This document shows positions 24,415-34,937 of a DNA stretch of 64,000 bases, piece by piece. The position numbers were made by a program, and so were the translations under genes. This DNA is from Takakia lepidozioides (taxonomy: Eukaryota > Plantae > Bryophyta), in contig CM060733.1 in NCBI GenBank assembly GCA_030704615.1, forward strand, positions 7,068,001 through 7,132,000. Direction: 5' to 3'. A model generated the notes under the pieces. That model did not search any database. It saw only the letters and a program-made list of their open reading frames with translations, and was not told where the DNA came from. Position 1 is the stretch's first letter. Each line of letters opens with the position of its first letter.

Positions 24415-26360
24415 TCAATGAGCCTCTTCTTCCACCCCAGGACATTCTGCCAGCAATGATTTCTCAGAATCATACTGCACAAACCCCACCCACTCTATTA
24501 GGACAGCCAATTTCACAACTGCGATTGAAGAGAAGTCTTATTTTATTACACAATTTCAATTCACATTTCCTTTTGTGCTTCCTCCTTGTTAATGATATTT
24601 CCTTCTTAATCCAGAGAGGACATACATTGTATTTATCAGCAACTGTGCCAGGAAATTCACAATGGTCCTGCAAAACGCCTGATGAAGGACATTCGAATTG
24701 AGTCTTGAAGGATGAACAAACCCTGACATCTGGCCATCCGTTGTATGAGCTCACACACACATATGTTGAAAGAAACCAAATCTACGAACCTGAATGCCAC
24801 AATACAGGCAATAGTGGAACTGACTCCGCAACCTCTCCAAATGCTCCTGCAACATCTGCCACAATACCTTCTGGTTTTAGTCCATCAGGACCCTGACATG
24901 TCTCATGTGAACCATGCAACCTCTCCTCAGGAGGGAGGCGCTGATGATCACCCCTAACAAAGTCAAGCAGACAGATGAAGCTAAGCAGATTAACCTTGAC
25001 AGAATCTAGTTAGCAATGCCGTCAGCATAACAACAAGTTCCTACATTTTTGCTGATGCTATGAAGCCACCCTAGGTAGTATAATCTTGACAGCCTGGAGC
25101 AGAGGAGAGGAGACTCCCTACAGTGCAGCCTAAGCCCCTGTTTATGTCTAAGTCCTATGGATCTCCATACTCTGAATGCCCACTGAACCCTGAAATAAGT
25201 CCAGACACAAATCACAGTCAAAGATGTTTACCTCCTGTGTCACTATCTCCTCCTCCTCTTCCTCTGCCTCCTCAGCGCCATCTTGTTCAGTCTGAACTTC
25301 CTTGCTTGCGAGCTTCTCCACTGGCCCCTCCCGGGATGGTGCAGCAGATTGAGAAGCACATTCCTCAAGCTGTAAAAGGGCAGTGCTAGCCTTGCCATAG
25401 TCACTCACGAGTTTCCAGTTCTGCCAAGTGCCCCTTCGCCGTTCCTGGAACCCAACCCGCAACTCGTCCACCTTCTTCCTCGTCCTTTCCTGAGCAGAAT
25501 GTCGCTTTCTAGCCTTCTGCTCTTTCTCCTCCCTCACCACCCCGTCTCTACCAAGCCCTGTACGGTTGCGTTTTAGGTCCACATTAATGGGCTCCGTGGC
25601 TCCCTGGCCGTGCTTGCCTAGTGCATTACCGGGAGTGTAGCCCATCTTCTGCAGCAGCTTGAAGCCTATATTGGATTCTGGGATGGAAGCAGCCAATCCC
25701 TCCTGCCGATGCTCTTCCTCGGTCTTGTGCTGCTGCTTTTGCTTTATTCTTTTCTTCTCCTTCCAATTAATCTTCTCTTTGCCCTTCAGACGCAGACGGG
25801 ACATCGGATAAGTCTCTCCATCCTCTACTATATCAACAGTTTTGAATTGTTCTCCTTCACCCACATCTACATCTCAACAACCCAAGTCCAAAAGGAAAAC
25901 ATTGAAGAATATGCATGTTATTTAGCTTATAAAAATATAGACTAAAGTGCACCGAACGTTCGAAGAGTCAAGAGCCGAAGGAAATGGCAGCACGACGCAG
26001 ACGTGACGATGGTGAATAATATCAATTGAGGTTTTCAAACACTTGAAGAAATCGTGGTCTCTTCTCACACAAAGTTTCCCAAACACGGAGTACAGGTGTT
26101 GCAGCACGGCTCAAGAAACCACAAATGAAACCAAGCGACTATCTGAAAATATACCTGGGAACCCACAGGCGCACTGCTCCACCTACTGCACTTCTGAGCC
26201 AAAAAATGATAAGAGACAACGGGACAGGAGTTTGGGGAAGAAATCAGGGAAACGAGATTACCTTGGGAACAGACGCGGGAGGGAGAGGGTCTGGGGTGGG
26301 AATGAATCGGCCAAGATCGCCCATGTAGTCATCATCTTCTTCTTCTGCCCCTCCTGCCAT
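24415..26360 (-). CDS. GPATCH11: G-patch domain protein, GPATCH11/CCDC75-like with C-terminal DUF4187, ~258 aa, 4 exons (26360-26262, ~25783-25232, 24855-24790, 24474-24415)
   Basis: N-terminal EEEDDDYMGDL, G-patch SNIGFKLLQKMGYTPGNALGK..GATEPI....RTGLG, and DUF4187 LERLRSQFHYCLYCGIQ|YDSEKSLLAECPGVEEEAH*. Introns are phase-0 GT-AG; the exon-2 acceptor is the least certain. Confidence 0.88.
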
Positions 26361-26585
26361 GCCTGGTCACACCAAACCACACCACCTTGTCTAGCTATAG
26401 CTTGGTGGCTATCCCCCTCCACCATAGCAGGAATTCCGAGAGCGCGAATGGAAACGAACGAGAACTTTTCTATGTCCAAGAAGGAGCGAACGAATAGGAA
26501 ACGTTGAAAACGTACACAGTTCGACACCTCCTTCCATGTCGGATGTCGGTTTGCGCTGAAATCCGTGCTGAGCTAAAGACATTGT

Positions 26586-26885
26586 GTGGCCAGATCAACG
26601 AGGCTGGATATGTGCTCGACACGCGCTTTTATAGTGCACGATGTGGAGGAACAAAAGGAACTTTCTCTTGGCTACCACAGTGAGAAGCTGGCCATGGCTT
26701 ATGGGCTCATCAGCACGTCCCCTGGGATGCCTATTCATGTGGATAAAAACCTTCGGGTATGTGGTGACTGCCACACCGACATGAAATTCATCTCGAAGAT
26801 TGTTGGGCGAGTGGTTGTTTTACGGGATGCCAACCGGTTCCACCAATTCCAAGAGGGTGTTTGATCTTGTGGGGACTACTGGTGA
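26586..26885 (+). pseudogene. DYW cytidine-deaminase domain of a PPR-DYW RNA-editing factor, disrupted
   Basis: EAGYVLDT / [41 protein letters not shown]...KFISKIVGR...[19 protein letters not shown]. There is a frameshift near the start and a premature TGA at 26862-26864. Confidence 0.9.
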
Positions 26886-27486
26886 ATAAAGTAACATGCA
26901 CCAACGTAAATGGATCATTGCAACATTGAGGGTAAAAAGCTCATAATTTGTTACTTTTGGAAGTAGAACTATATTTGAATGCAACAGCATGGTGTCACCA
27001 ACTGCAGCTCACTCAATGCAGCATCCTTTCCGTGAGGGTGGTATATCTCGCTATGTTCTTTTCCTGTGAAGGTTCTCAAGGGGGTGCAGACACTTCCAAG
27101 GAGGTTGTCTCTGCTGAGACCTTGCAGGTGCTTTGCAGAGAAAATGTAATCAATAAAGATATGTAGAGAATAGAGAGTATGGAGGAGATGGGTTAAAGTT
27201 GGTTGCAATTGCAGGGGGCCTTTGACTTGGAGGAAATTGATGATTCATGATGCATTACCCACTTGATTGTTTCCTTGTTGTGTCCTCCCAATCTATGTTT
27301 TGTTAGGAACTACAAGCACAGATTGGAAGTATCTTTCGGATGCCTTGCAGCTTCGTCCATCTCTTATCTGGACAGGGGGAAGGAAACTCGTGCTCCCCAC
27401 CTCTCCAGGCTCTTCTGTAAGCCAAAGAGGACTAAACCCCAACTCCCACCTAATAGATAGATAACAAAGCGACATAGACAGCAAAG

Positions 27487-28100
27487 AATTTTTTTTTTCC
27501 CCCCTTTTTATGGAGAACGGGACCAGAATTGCATTGCAGGAGGTGGAAAAACTAACCACCAATCAGGGCCGAAAGGCTTACAGAGGGGAAACCACCCCTG
27601 ACCCTTTTTTCAAAAGGAACGGTGTGCGAGAAAAGCACCCATGTAGCCCATCTGAGTGAAAAAACTGCCGTAAGGCCTTTGTCCTAAACGTGACACAGCC
27701 TTTGATAGTTGACATCCCCGTCTTCGCCTTAACCGGTGATCTCCCAAGACGGGGAGAGAGTCCGTCCAAACGGTCAAAGCAGAACAAGAGTGAACTGAGA
27801 ATCATTCCCTCGTCCAAAGGTGCTGAATAACGGATATGTTGGGTCCAAGACCATGACACTATGGAGGAGCAAAACAGGCATACCTGTCCAGGGCTGCAGG
27901 ATGAGTGGAGGATATGCGACTTGAAATGGTAGCTTCCAAAGACGGTTCACAGCAAACATGATTGTGTTAATGTGCAGATTCAGCCTGTACAACCTTTGCT
28001 TAGGCGTCTCCTCATTCGGCTGCAAGATTCAGAAGGTATTGTCTATCTGGTCCACAAAACTTCTGCAGGAAAGAAAAGCATCTCAAGCTATTGACAACAA
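27487..28100 (-). mobile_element. Degenerate LINE 3' end
   Basis: Minus strand ends TGGTCCCGTTCTCCATAAAAA...poly(A), similar to the LINE tail at ~23170. The 5' limit is approximate. Confidence 0.35.
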
Positions 28101-28132
28101 TCTGAGCTATAAAACCACGTAAACGCAGAATG

Positions 28133-28137
28133 AAAAA
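28133..28137 (-). terminator. RNA polymerase III terminator (T5) of the tRNA gene
   Basis: TTTTT lies 25 nt downstream of the tRNA 3' end on the minus strand. Confidence 0.6.
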
Positions 28138-28162
28138 GGGTGTAGTCGATATTCTCGGGAGC

Positions 28163-28235
28163 TTCCGTTGCCGGGACTCGAACCCGGGTCGCTCGGGTGA
28201 GAGCCGAGTATCCTAACCATCTAGACTACAACGGA
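28163..28235 (-). tRNA. trnE-CTC: tRNA-Glu (anticodon CTC)
   Basis: TCCGTTGTAGTCTAGATGGTTAGGATACTCGGCTCTCACCCGAGCGACCCGGGTTCGAGTCCCGGCAACGGAA: acceptor stem TCCGTTG/CAACGGA, anticodon stem CTCGG/CCGAG with a CTC loop, and a GTTCGA T-loop. Confidence 0.96.
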
Positions 28236-28344
28236 TTATGGTATGAAGTTAGGATTTATGTTATATACTTGGGTTTTTCACTACTGCACAGGTTTTGGAT
28301 GAGAATGCAGTTGAGAGGGTGGACGGGTGGACGGTGGTATGTAC

Positions 28345-28841
28345 CAGTGTTGTTCTGGTATCAGGTTTAGGACATACCAGACTGGTACTAGACATATCAC
28401 AAAACTTTCATACCAATCTGGTCTATAGAATGGTGGATGTATTTTTGTCCAGATACTGGTATAAGTATGAGTATCATGACAACACCAGCTGGTATGAGAT
28501 ATCAATTCTGGTATCATTCCAAAGCCATCTTAAATTACAAGTTTATCAAATAGCAAGTATCAAGTGAAAACAAATAAGATACATATAAAGAAGTAAATAT
28601 ACATAAGTACAAGTATGTAGCATATGTACACATAAATCAATATAGTACACATACAAGAGTAAATGAGGAAGAGGGGGGGGGGGGGGGTGTGTACTGGCTG
28701 GTATGAAAAAACTGATTCCAACCTGGTCTGGTATATGACCAAGTATTCTCTAAAATGCTACCAGACTGGTTTGGTATCTAATACAAGTGCATATACTAGT
28801 ACTTTATACCAGTCCTTCACCTATATACCAGACCAACACTG
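28345..28841. mobile_element. hAT-type MITE
   Basis: TIRs CAGTGTTGTTCTGGTAT / ATACCAGACCAACACTG, 8-bp TSD GTATGTAC / GCACGTAC (two transitions), and internal TGGTAT/ATACCA repeats. A related left end (CAGTGTTGGGCGGGTAT) starts at 28850. Confidence 0.8.
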
Positions 28842-29143
28842 GCACGTACCAGTGTTGGGCGGGTATTACTTTTTCTAAACCAGCCGAGCCCTGTGTATTG
28901 AAAATAAATTAATTCTCAATTCCATGGTATTGGAATATTCACTTAATTTTAATATACGCCGGTTCTCAATAGTAGTATGATTTTTGATTGGCGAACGGGT
29001 ATCAATAGGATGGGTATTCCTATCGTAATACCAGCCGGTTATCAACCCGGATATAAATAATTAAAATTATGCAACCACTAAATCATTAATATGTCCTTAA
29101 TTGAATTTAGAAGCATACTTTATTTTGGAAGATAATAGGAATA

Positions 29144-29678
29144 ATGTAAGAACTTAATGTCGTGCAACCTCTGACAGGATGGTACGCCGGTTTCCGGCAT
29201 GTCAGAGAGTGACATGGAACTGAAGGAGTGTAAACTCATGTCGGGGTTACATTGGGTTACACGATGAGGTGTGTAACTCCACTGGGGGTTATATCGGGTT
29301 ACACGACGAGGTGTGTACTTGGGGTTACATTGGGTTACACAACGAGGTGTGTAACTCCACTCCGGGTTACAGAGAAGGAGTGTAACTCCACTCGGTGTAA
29401 CTCACACTTGGTCTCGAAATTTATCAAAGTCCAAATTAGGTTAAGTATAAAATGGACTAACCAGAGTTACATTTAGGAACCGGGGATACAACGCTATCAC
29501 CTTACCAGCATGCTACCCACCGCAGCTTGCAACCTACTTGGATTCTTAAGTATTTAATAGTGAAACCGAGGTAAGGTGGGGTGGGGAGGATTTGACAGGG
29601 GCCCCGCCGGAGGAGCCCAGGCTGCCGGAGTCCGGCGAAAGTACCGTCAGAACACACGCGTCCATTAAGTTCTTACAT
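29144..29678. mobile_element. Foldback/MITE-like element with internal ~40-bp tandem repeats
   Basis: Perfect 16-bp inverted ends ATGTAAGAACTTAATG / CATTAAGTTCTTACAT extend imperfectly to ~55 bp. Internal units of GGGGTTACATTGGGTTACACGAYGAGGTGTGTAACTCCACT lie at ~29243-29410. Confidence 0.65.
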
Positions 29679-31025
29679 CTCCAGGAGGCTTACATCTCTG
29701 TAGATCGGGTAACACCCTAAGAGGCCACCGAGGGCAAGCTTTAAAAAAACTACCACCCTGAAGCCCTGAATTACCAAGAAGCCCTGCTCTAAGGTTCTAA
29801 CAACACGGAACTAATTAAAGAAGGGATTGTCCAAAAAAAACTTAAGTGTTGCAGCCTGACTACACTAAGCAGATATGTCACTAGGAAAGGGTGACAAAGC
29901 AAAACTGAGACAGAATCAGAAGGCCCAACAAAGGGCTGCCATGAAACTATGAAGAGAGACCCATGATTTACAATAAAGATGCATTCCTGGCATTTATAAT
30001 CATTGCTGACGACATGGATGGACTCAAATCCTTTTGGAATACTACTATAGATGTCAGACTCTCCATTGCCACATGCCCCCCCAACAGCAGCCCAAAATCA
30101 ATGTTGAGACGCAAGATCAGTTTTTTCGATCTCATCTTCCCTACTACGAGTTGGCTAGCTCAACCACAATCATGTGGGGTTCTTACGGAGAGGTGCAACC
30201 AAGATTGAGCTGCAAGCCGTCCACTCAAATTTTGGTATTCATGGAGGAAGCGGACATTTACAACACTCCACCACCTGGCACCAATGGGAGCAATCTAGAT
30301 ACAAAAAACTGCTCTATCATAACCATGGCCAGGCAAGAGCAGATTCAAGATTCGAACGAGAGCAGCTAGCGCGTGAGAGTGCTAAGCGTGAGCACATTTT
30401 AAGCGTGAGCAGAAAATGGAAGTGGAGTGTATAACCGTGGAAGAAGCAGGGCCTATTGTCGTGGACGCAAACTTGTGCAAATTGGAGGGTAACATACCAC
30501 GTCAAGACCGAAGACGCCGACCTCCAAGCAAGAAAATCTGAGATGAATGTGCACGAAAAACTTCTCGATGAAGTAAGCAAGGATAAATGGCAAAGAGGAA
30601 TGGATGAATGTAGGATGAATGTGGGATGAAAAATGATTGGATGAATGTACCATAAATGACTGAAATAAGATTGCTTGTAAAAGAACATTCATGACATTCA
30701 TCGGATTCATCTCATTCATCTCATTCATTCATCTCATAGAAAGTGTAGTCGTAAACCAATTGTGCAAAACAAGATTGATCTCATTCAAGAAAGTGTTGCC
30801 AATAACCAGCACGAAGCCATCTGCAACTTGGTTGGAACACAAACATGCATTGCAAAACAAGATTGAAGATTATCTCATTCTAAGAAAATGTTGTCATTAA
30901 CCAGCACGAAGTCATCTCCAAAGTCGGATACACTTCAGATATTTATAACAATGACATGACATAATAACCGGCAGAGTTGCAATGCAAATCCCAACTACAT
31001 CTCAAATTGAACCCGAACTATCTCA

Positions 31026-31966
31026 TTACAGTAGTGCATGGATGTCACTGGGTCCTAACATACATTGGTGAATGTACGTGTCTCGTTTAGGATCGCAAAA
31101 CATCCTCTGAATATAGATGTTGTAAAGATGCTTTGCACAGGACAAATTTGCCTCTCTTACCAAGAGAACTTGAGAGCGTATTCTGAAAGTCCGGACAAGT
31201 GCAATTAGGAAAATCGCCAATAGTAATCTCATAGGTCATGTCATGGACATCCGATCTAGAGGTCGTCATGGTGTACACCCGCCCATAGCCTGACAAGGGG
31301 ACATACACAATTTGGGTGACGCGATACTGCAGGGTTCTAGCAAACTTTATCTTGCACTCATTATCTGCACCAGCCTCAACCCGAAGTACCGCCTTTCCAT
31401 TCCTTTTTGTGGGCCAATCGTTGCCCGGTCAAGGACATGCAGGAAAGTTGGAAAGGAAAGTTATTGGAGAAACCGGCGTTACGACAGTTGGGCCTCTCAA
31501 GGCGAAACTCGGCCTCCTCCAGCATGTCAATTTCCAGTTTGGAGAGTGTGGTTCCTAACTTCACTGTTCACACGCCTGGAATTTGAGGCTTCATTATCAT
31601 AGAATCCCGAACAGTGCCCATGACACAGCGCACAATGTCATCGGGGCAGAACCAGAACTTGTGAGGCCTAGACTCCCGCGACATGTAATGCTTGAACAAG
31701 TCGGTGAATGTCGAGGCAGGAGTTTCGCATGTCCCTTTTGAAATTTGGGCGGTGCACTGCTGAAACGAGGGTGCCCTGACTTTTGATCCCTGGGGAGTCC
31801 GTTCTATATGACACATTGTCTCTGTACAGTCAGACTCCTCTATCGGCAGCATGTTCTCCCCTTCTCCCCGGACTGTAATGGTTGGAGACTCGAGAGGGAA
31901 CGATGTTGAAGAAGATTCACCCACAAAGGGGGTGGCACCCATGAAAGTGGGGGGCCACACGCACAC
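31026..31966 (-). pseudogene. SWIM zinc-finger protein (CxC...CxH), disrupted and 5'-truncated
   Basis: YEITIGDFPNCTCPDFQ...VLC/KHLYNIY...IHQCML, with an upstream conserved-looking block HIERTP...FWFCPDDIVRCVMG...GTTLSKLEIDMLEEAEF. Contains frameshifts and stops. Confidence 0.7.
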
Positions 31967-32020
31967 GATGTACCGAGAAGTTGTCCCTATCGTGGAATTG
32001 AGCAGGCCATCAACGAAGCA

Positions 32021-34937
32021 ATGGACTTATGCCGCAAAAACGTTGTCACAACGGTCACTAAACAGCTTCGTATAGCTGATCCTAGTCTTGGTACAGGATT
32101 CCTGGACCAGGTGCAGTTCCATTGGAACAAGAGTGGCAAGCCAGGCAAGCCAGAAATGACACAGGAGAAGTTGCATAGGCTTGCAATGGCAATGGTGGAA
32201 CCAAAGCACAAGGTGCAATGGCTTAAGATCTGGAACTCTGACACTGTCCTCTGTCAGGCAAAAAACTTACATTTCATGGGGCCTTTCAACGATGTCGACT
32301 GGGACAAGTGGCTCCATAAAGCGACATTTTGGTGTCAGGTGCAGAAGTCATCCTGCTTTTGTCGTCGCAATAACTTGCATTGAAATTACAATTGTTTGTA
32401 AACGCATCATAACACAAACTTGTGTCTTGGCAGCTGGAGGAGAGGGGTTTGGAATTTATGGAGCAAACTCTTCATGACTTCAAAATCGAGGTGGTTGAGC
32501 CCGATGAATCTTTCGGCACTTTCATTCGGAGGTAGAAAGAGATTGTTTGGAAGTATGCATTCTTCCGTGAATTTGCAGTAGAGGGGGGAATTCTGCGCTC
32601 TAACCTATTCAATGCGCAGTACAATGGGGAGCAGGCAATGAAGCGAGTTATTTACAGGTTAGAATGGAACTGCATTCCCATTTGCATTTGCTTCATTTTA
32701 GACCCGATTGCACTCTATGTTCAGGCTTGCGTTAACGCAAGTCTGATTATAGTATTTGATGTGGCTACGTACCCTGGTATCACAGACGTTTCTGTGCACA
32801 CATTTTGGTTTTCTTGGATTTGCACAAGTGCACAGAGTGTAGGAAAGGGGACTAGTTTTATAGCAGGGTTAATCAGGCTTGCATTAACACAAACATGACC
32901 AATAGTGTTTATTATTATTATTATTATTATTTAAGGAAAGAGGACTGGTTTCAGACCAGGGTTCAGGCTTGCGTTAACGCAAGCCTGACCAATAGTCGTT
33001 TATTGTTTTTTTTTTTGTTTCCGAAAGGGGACTGGTTTCAGACCAGGGTTCAGGCTTGCATTAACGTAAGCCTGACCAAGAGTGGAATTTTATATAATAT
33101 TTCCACCACGTATTCATGCAGCATCGGTGTTTGCAATGTGTTTATTCCACAACACGCATAGATATGCTGGCTGTTATGATATCAGTATGTGATTGGCTTC
33201 TAGTGATTTTCTGTTTGCTTTCATCGCAGGTATATCCACGGAGTGCTTTCGCCTGGCGGTTTTCTGAGCTCCTACCCATTCTTCATCGATAGCTGAGCAA
33301 AGACAAATCCTTACACAACTATATACCAAGCCGGTATTTTGGAGGACAAGAGCAGATCTCATTTGAAAGACTGTGGCTAGTACTTGGATTGCCCCAAACA
33401 ATCGACACCATTGGAGGAGAACGTCCTTCGGAACTTGAATGACAATGCGGAAGCTCTTGCTCCTCTGACGGATAGATAGCTACAGTTGAGAGATCTTCGG
33501 GTTTTGAAAACAAAGACGGTGGTGAGTCAGAGCCCGAAGAAAAAAGACAGAAGAAGGAAAAAGAAAAAGAGGCTGAAGGCAGGGCTCAAAAGGGGTCAAA
33601 GGGGCCTGCTCCGGCCATACAAGGCCCTTCTTAATCATGGCAGAGGTGTTGCTACTCAATTCTAACACAAGACAGTGAACGAAGGCTTCTTGGACATGAT
33701 GGCATCTCGAAGGAAAGGAGCCACCGACGTGGATAAGTCCCCGACTTGGGAGACATTGTCATCATTCCTCACTCTGGTAAATTCATTACCTCTTCCAACT
33801 TGTGTGTATGTAGATTTGAAGACTGTTTGCACGTCTTCTAAGTGGGTATGTTTTCTTTGTTGGATGTGAAGGCTGCCAAAGGTCCACCCTGGGTGAACGG
33901 GGAGAAGAAAACCTTTGCATGCGAGCTCGTAGTTGTGGAGATTCCCCACGGGCTTCCAGTGCCTGACGTTCCTCTGATGGGTGTGACTCCCGCCTGGAAT
34001 GTATGGGACGACCGCTACTGGCCTTGGGTCTTCAGATTCTGTGGGCACTTCTTGGCTGACAATGGTTGTTTGCTCATCCTCCAAGCAGCCATTTTGAAGT
34101 GTTGGCGCCAGCTCACCAGTTTCCTCAAGTCGGGTGGAATAAAGGTGATTAAAAGTTGGAATGGGGTTAACAGGCAACTCAAAAATGGGGACTTCCCAAG
34201 CCAGAAGGTAGATTATCATTTCATCATTTGCTTTCAACCCTCCAGAAATGTCGGTACGGTTTTGACTCGTCTGTTTTCCATTTTTGCCTGTCCTTCTCCC
34301 CTACCATCTTTGCGTTGACGCAAGCATGGTGCAAGTGTTCCCATTAGTCTTTCCCCGGCCCTGGCTTCGGTGCCCACTCCAGTGTCTTCCCCTGTTTTAA
34401 TTGTGCACACTCGTGCTTTCGATGCGCACTGTCTTGTAAGAGAACGCCACCCATCAACATCGTCTTCTGTGAAGGAGTTTGAAATCCTGGAGGGGGGCGC
34501 GCATGTTGACTCCTCTTGCGATCCGGTGGATGATGATTTTATCTACAACTACGTGGATGCATCACTTACAGTGCTACGGGCGTCCGGAGAGCCATGGAGA
34601 GGTGCACGGGAGAAGAGTCCGACCTTCATGCAGACTGTCATCGAGTCCTGCAACGTTCAAGGGTCCCGGGTTGTTGATCTCACTCTTGGAACAAGTTTGT
34701 GGTTTTGCACTGACAGTCTCGCAATGTTCTGCCTTCATTTGCTGTTCTTTTTGGATTGCAGGAATGCCTTACTCCTTTATGTTCGCCTTTGAGGGCGATG
34801 CCGACCTCTACAATGAGGTGATAGCTCCTCTCCATGAGGGCTCGACTTCAGGCACGTAAACAGATGCGGCGCTCGCAGCAATGGTCGTGGAACACGAAGA
34901 CATGGCCGACATTGACGATGATTTTGATTGTGAGTAA
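32021..34937 (+). pseudogene. Spliced gene ending in a beta-class amino (N4mC/N6mA) DNA methyltransferase-like domain, copy 1
   Basis: Frame-preserving introns at 32339-32433 and 32658-33229, and a donor at 34208. Motif order is IV (ELVVVEIPHG ~ DLIxxDPPY), VI (FLADNGCLLI), X (WRGAREKS ~ HPTQKP), I (VVDLTLGT ~ VLDPFxGSG), II (MFAFEGD ~ IGIE.D). Several in-frame stops are present. Confidence 0.7.
32721..33075. repeat. Array of four 26-bp palindromes TCAGGCTTGCGTTAACGCAAGCCTGA in an intron
   Basis: Copies start at 32721, 32873, 32963 (perfect palindrome) and 33050, with a fifth degenerate copy at 36386. Confidence 0.9.

Noticed and set aside
26862-26864. TGA at a Cys position of the DYW domain as selenocysteine or readthrough
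   Set aside because: The same fragment is frameshifted and lacks its upstream exons, so ordinary pseudogene decay explains it.
27487-28235. tRNA-derived SINE (tRNA head, body, LINE-like tail on the same strand)
   Set aside because: The tRNA is a canonical undegraded tRNA-Glu with its own T5 terminator 25 nt downstream, and no TSD encloses the unit.
32864-32872. AGGGTTAA as a piggyBac right end
   Set aside because: It is a variant of the intronic repeat unit, lies upstream of the left end and does not match the rest of the TIR.
32721-33075. CRISPR array (palindromic repeats with spacers)
   Set aside because: The spacers are irregular and share sequence with each other, the array lies in a spliceosomal intron of a eukaryotic locus, and there are no cas genes.
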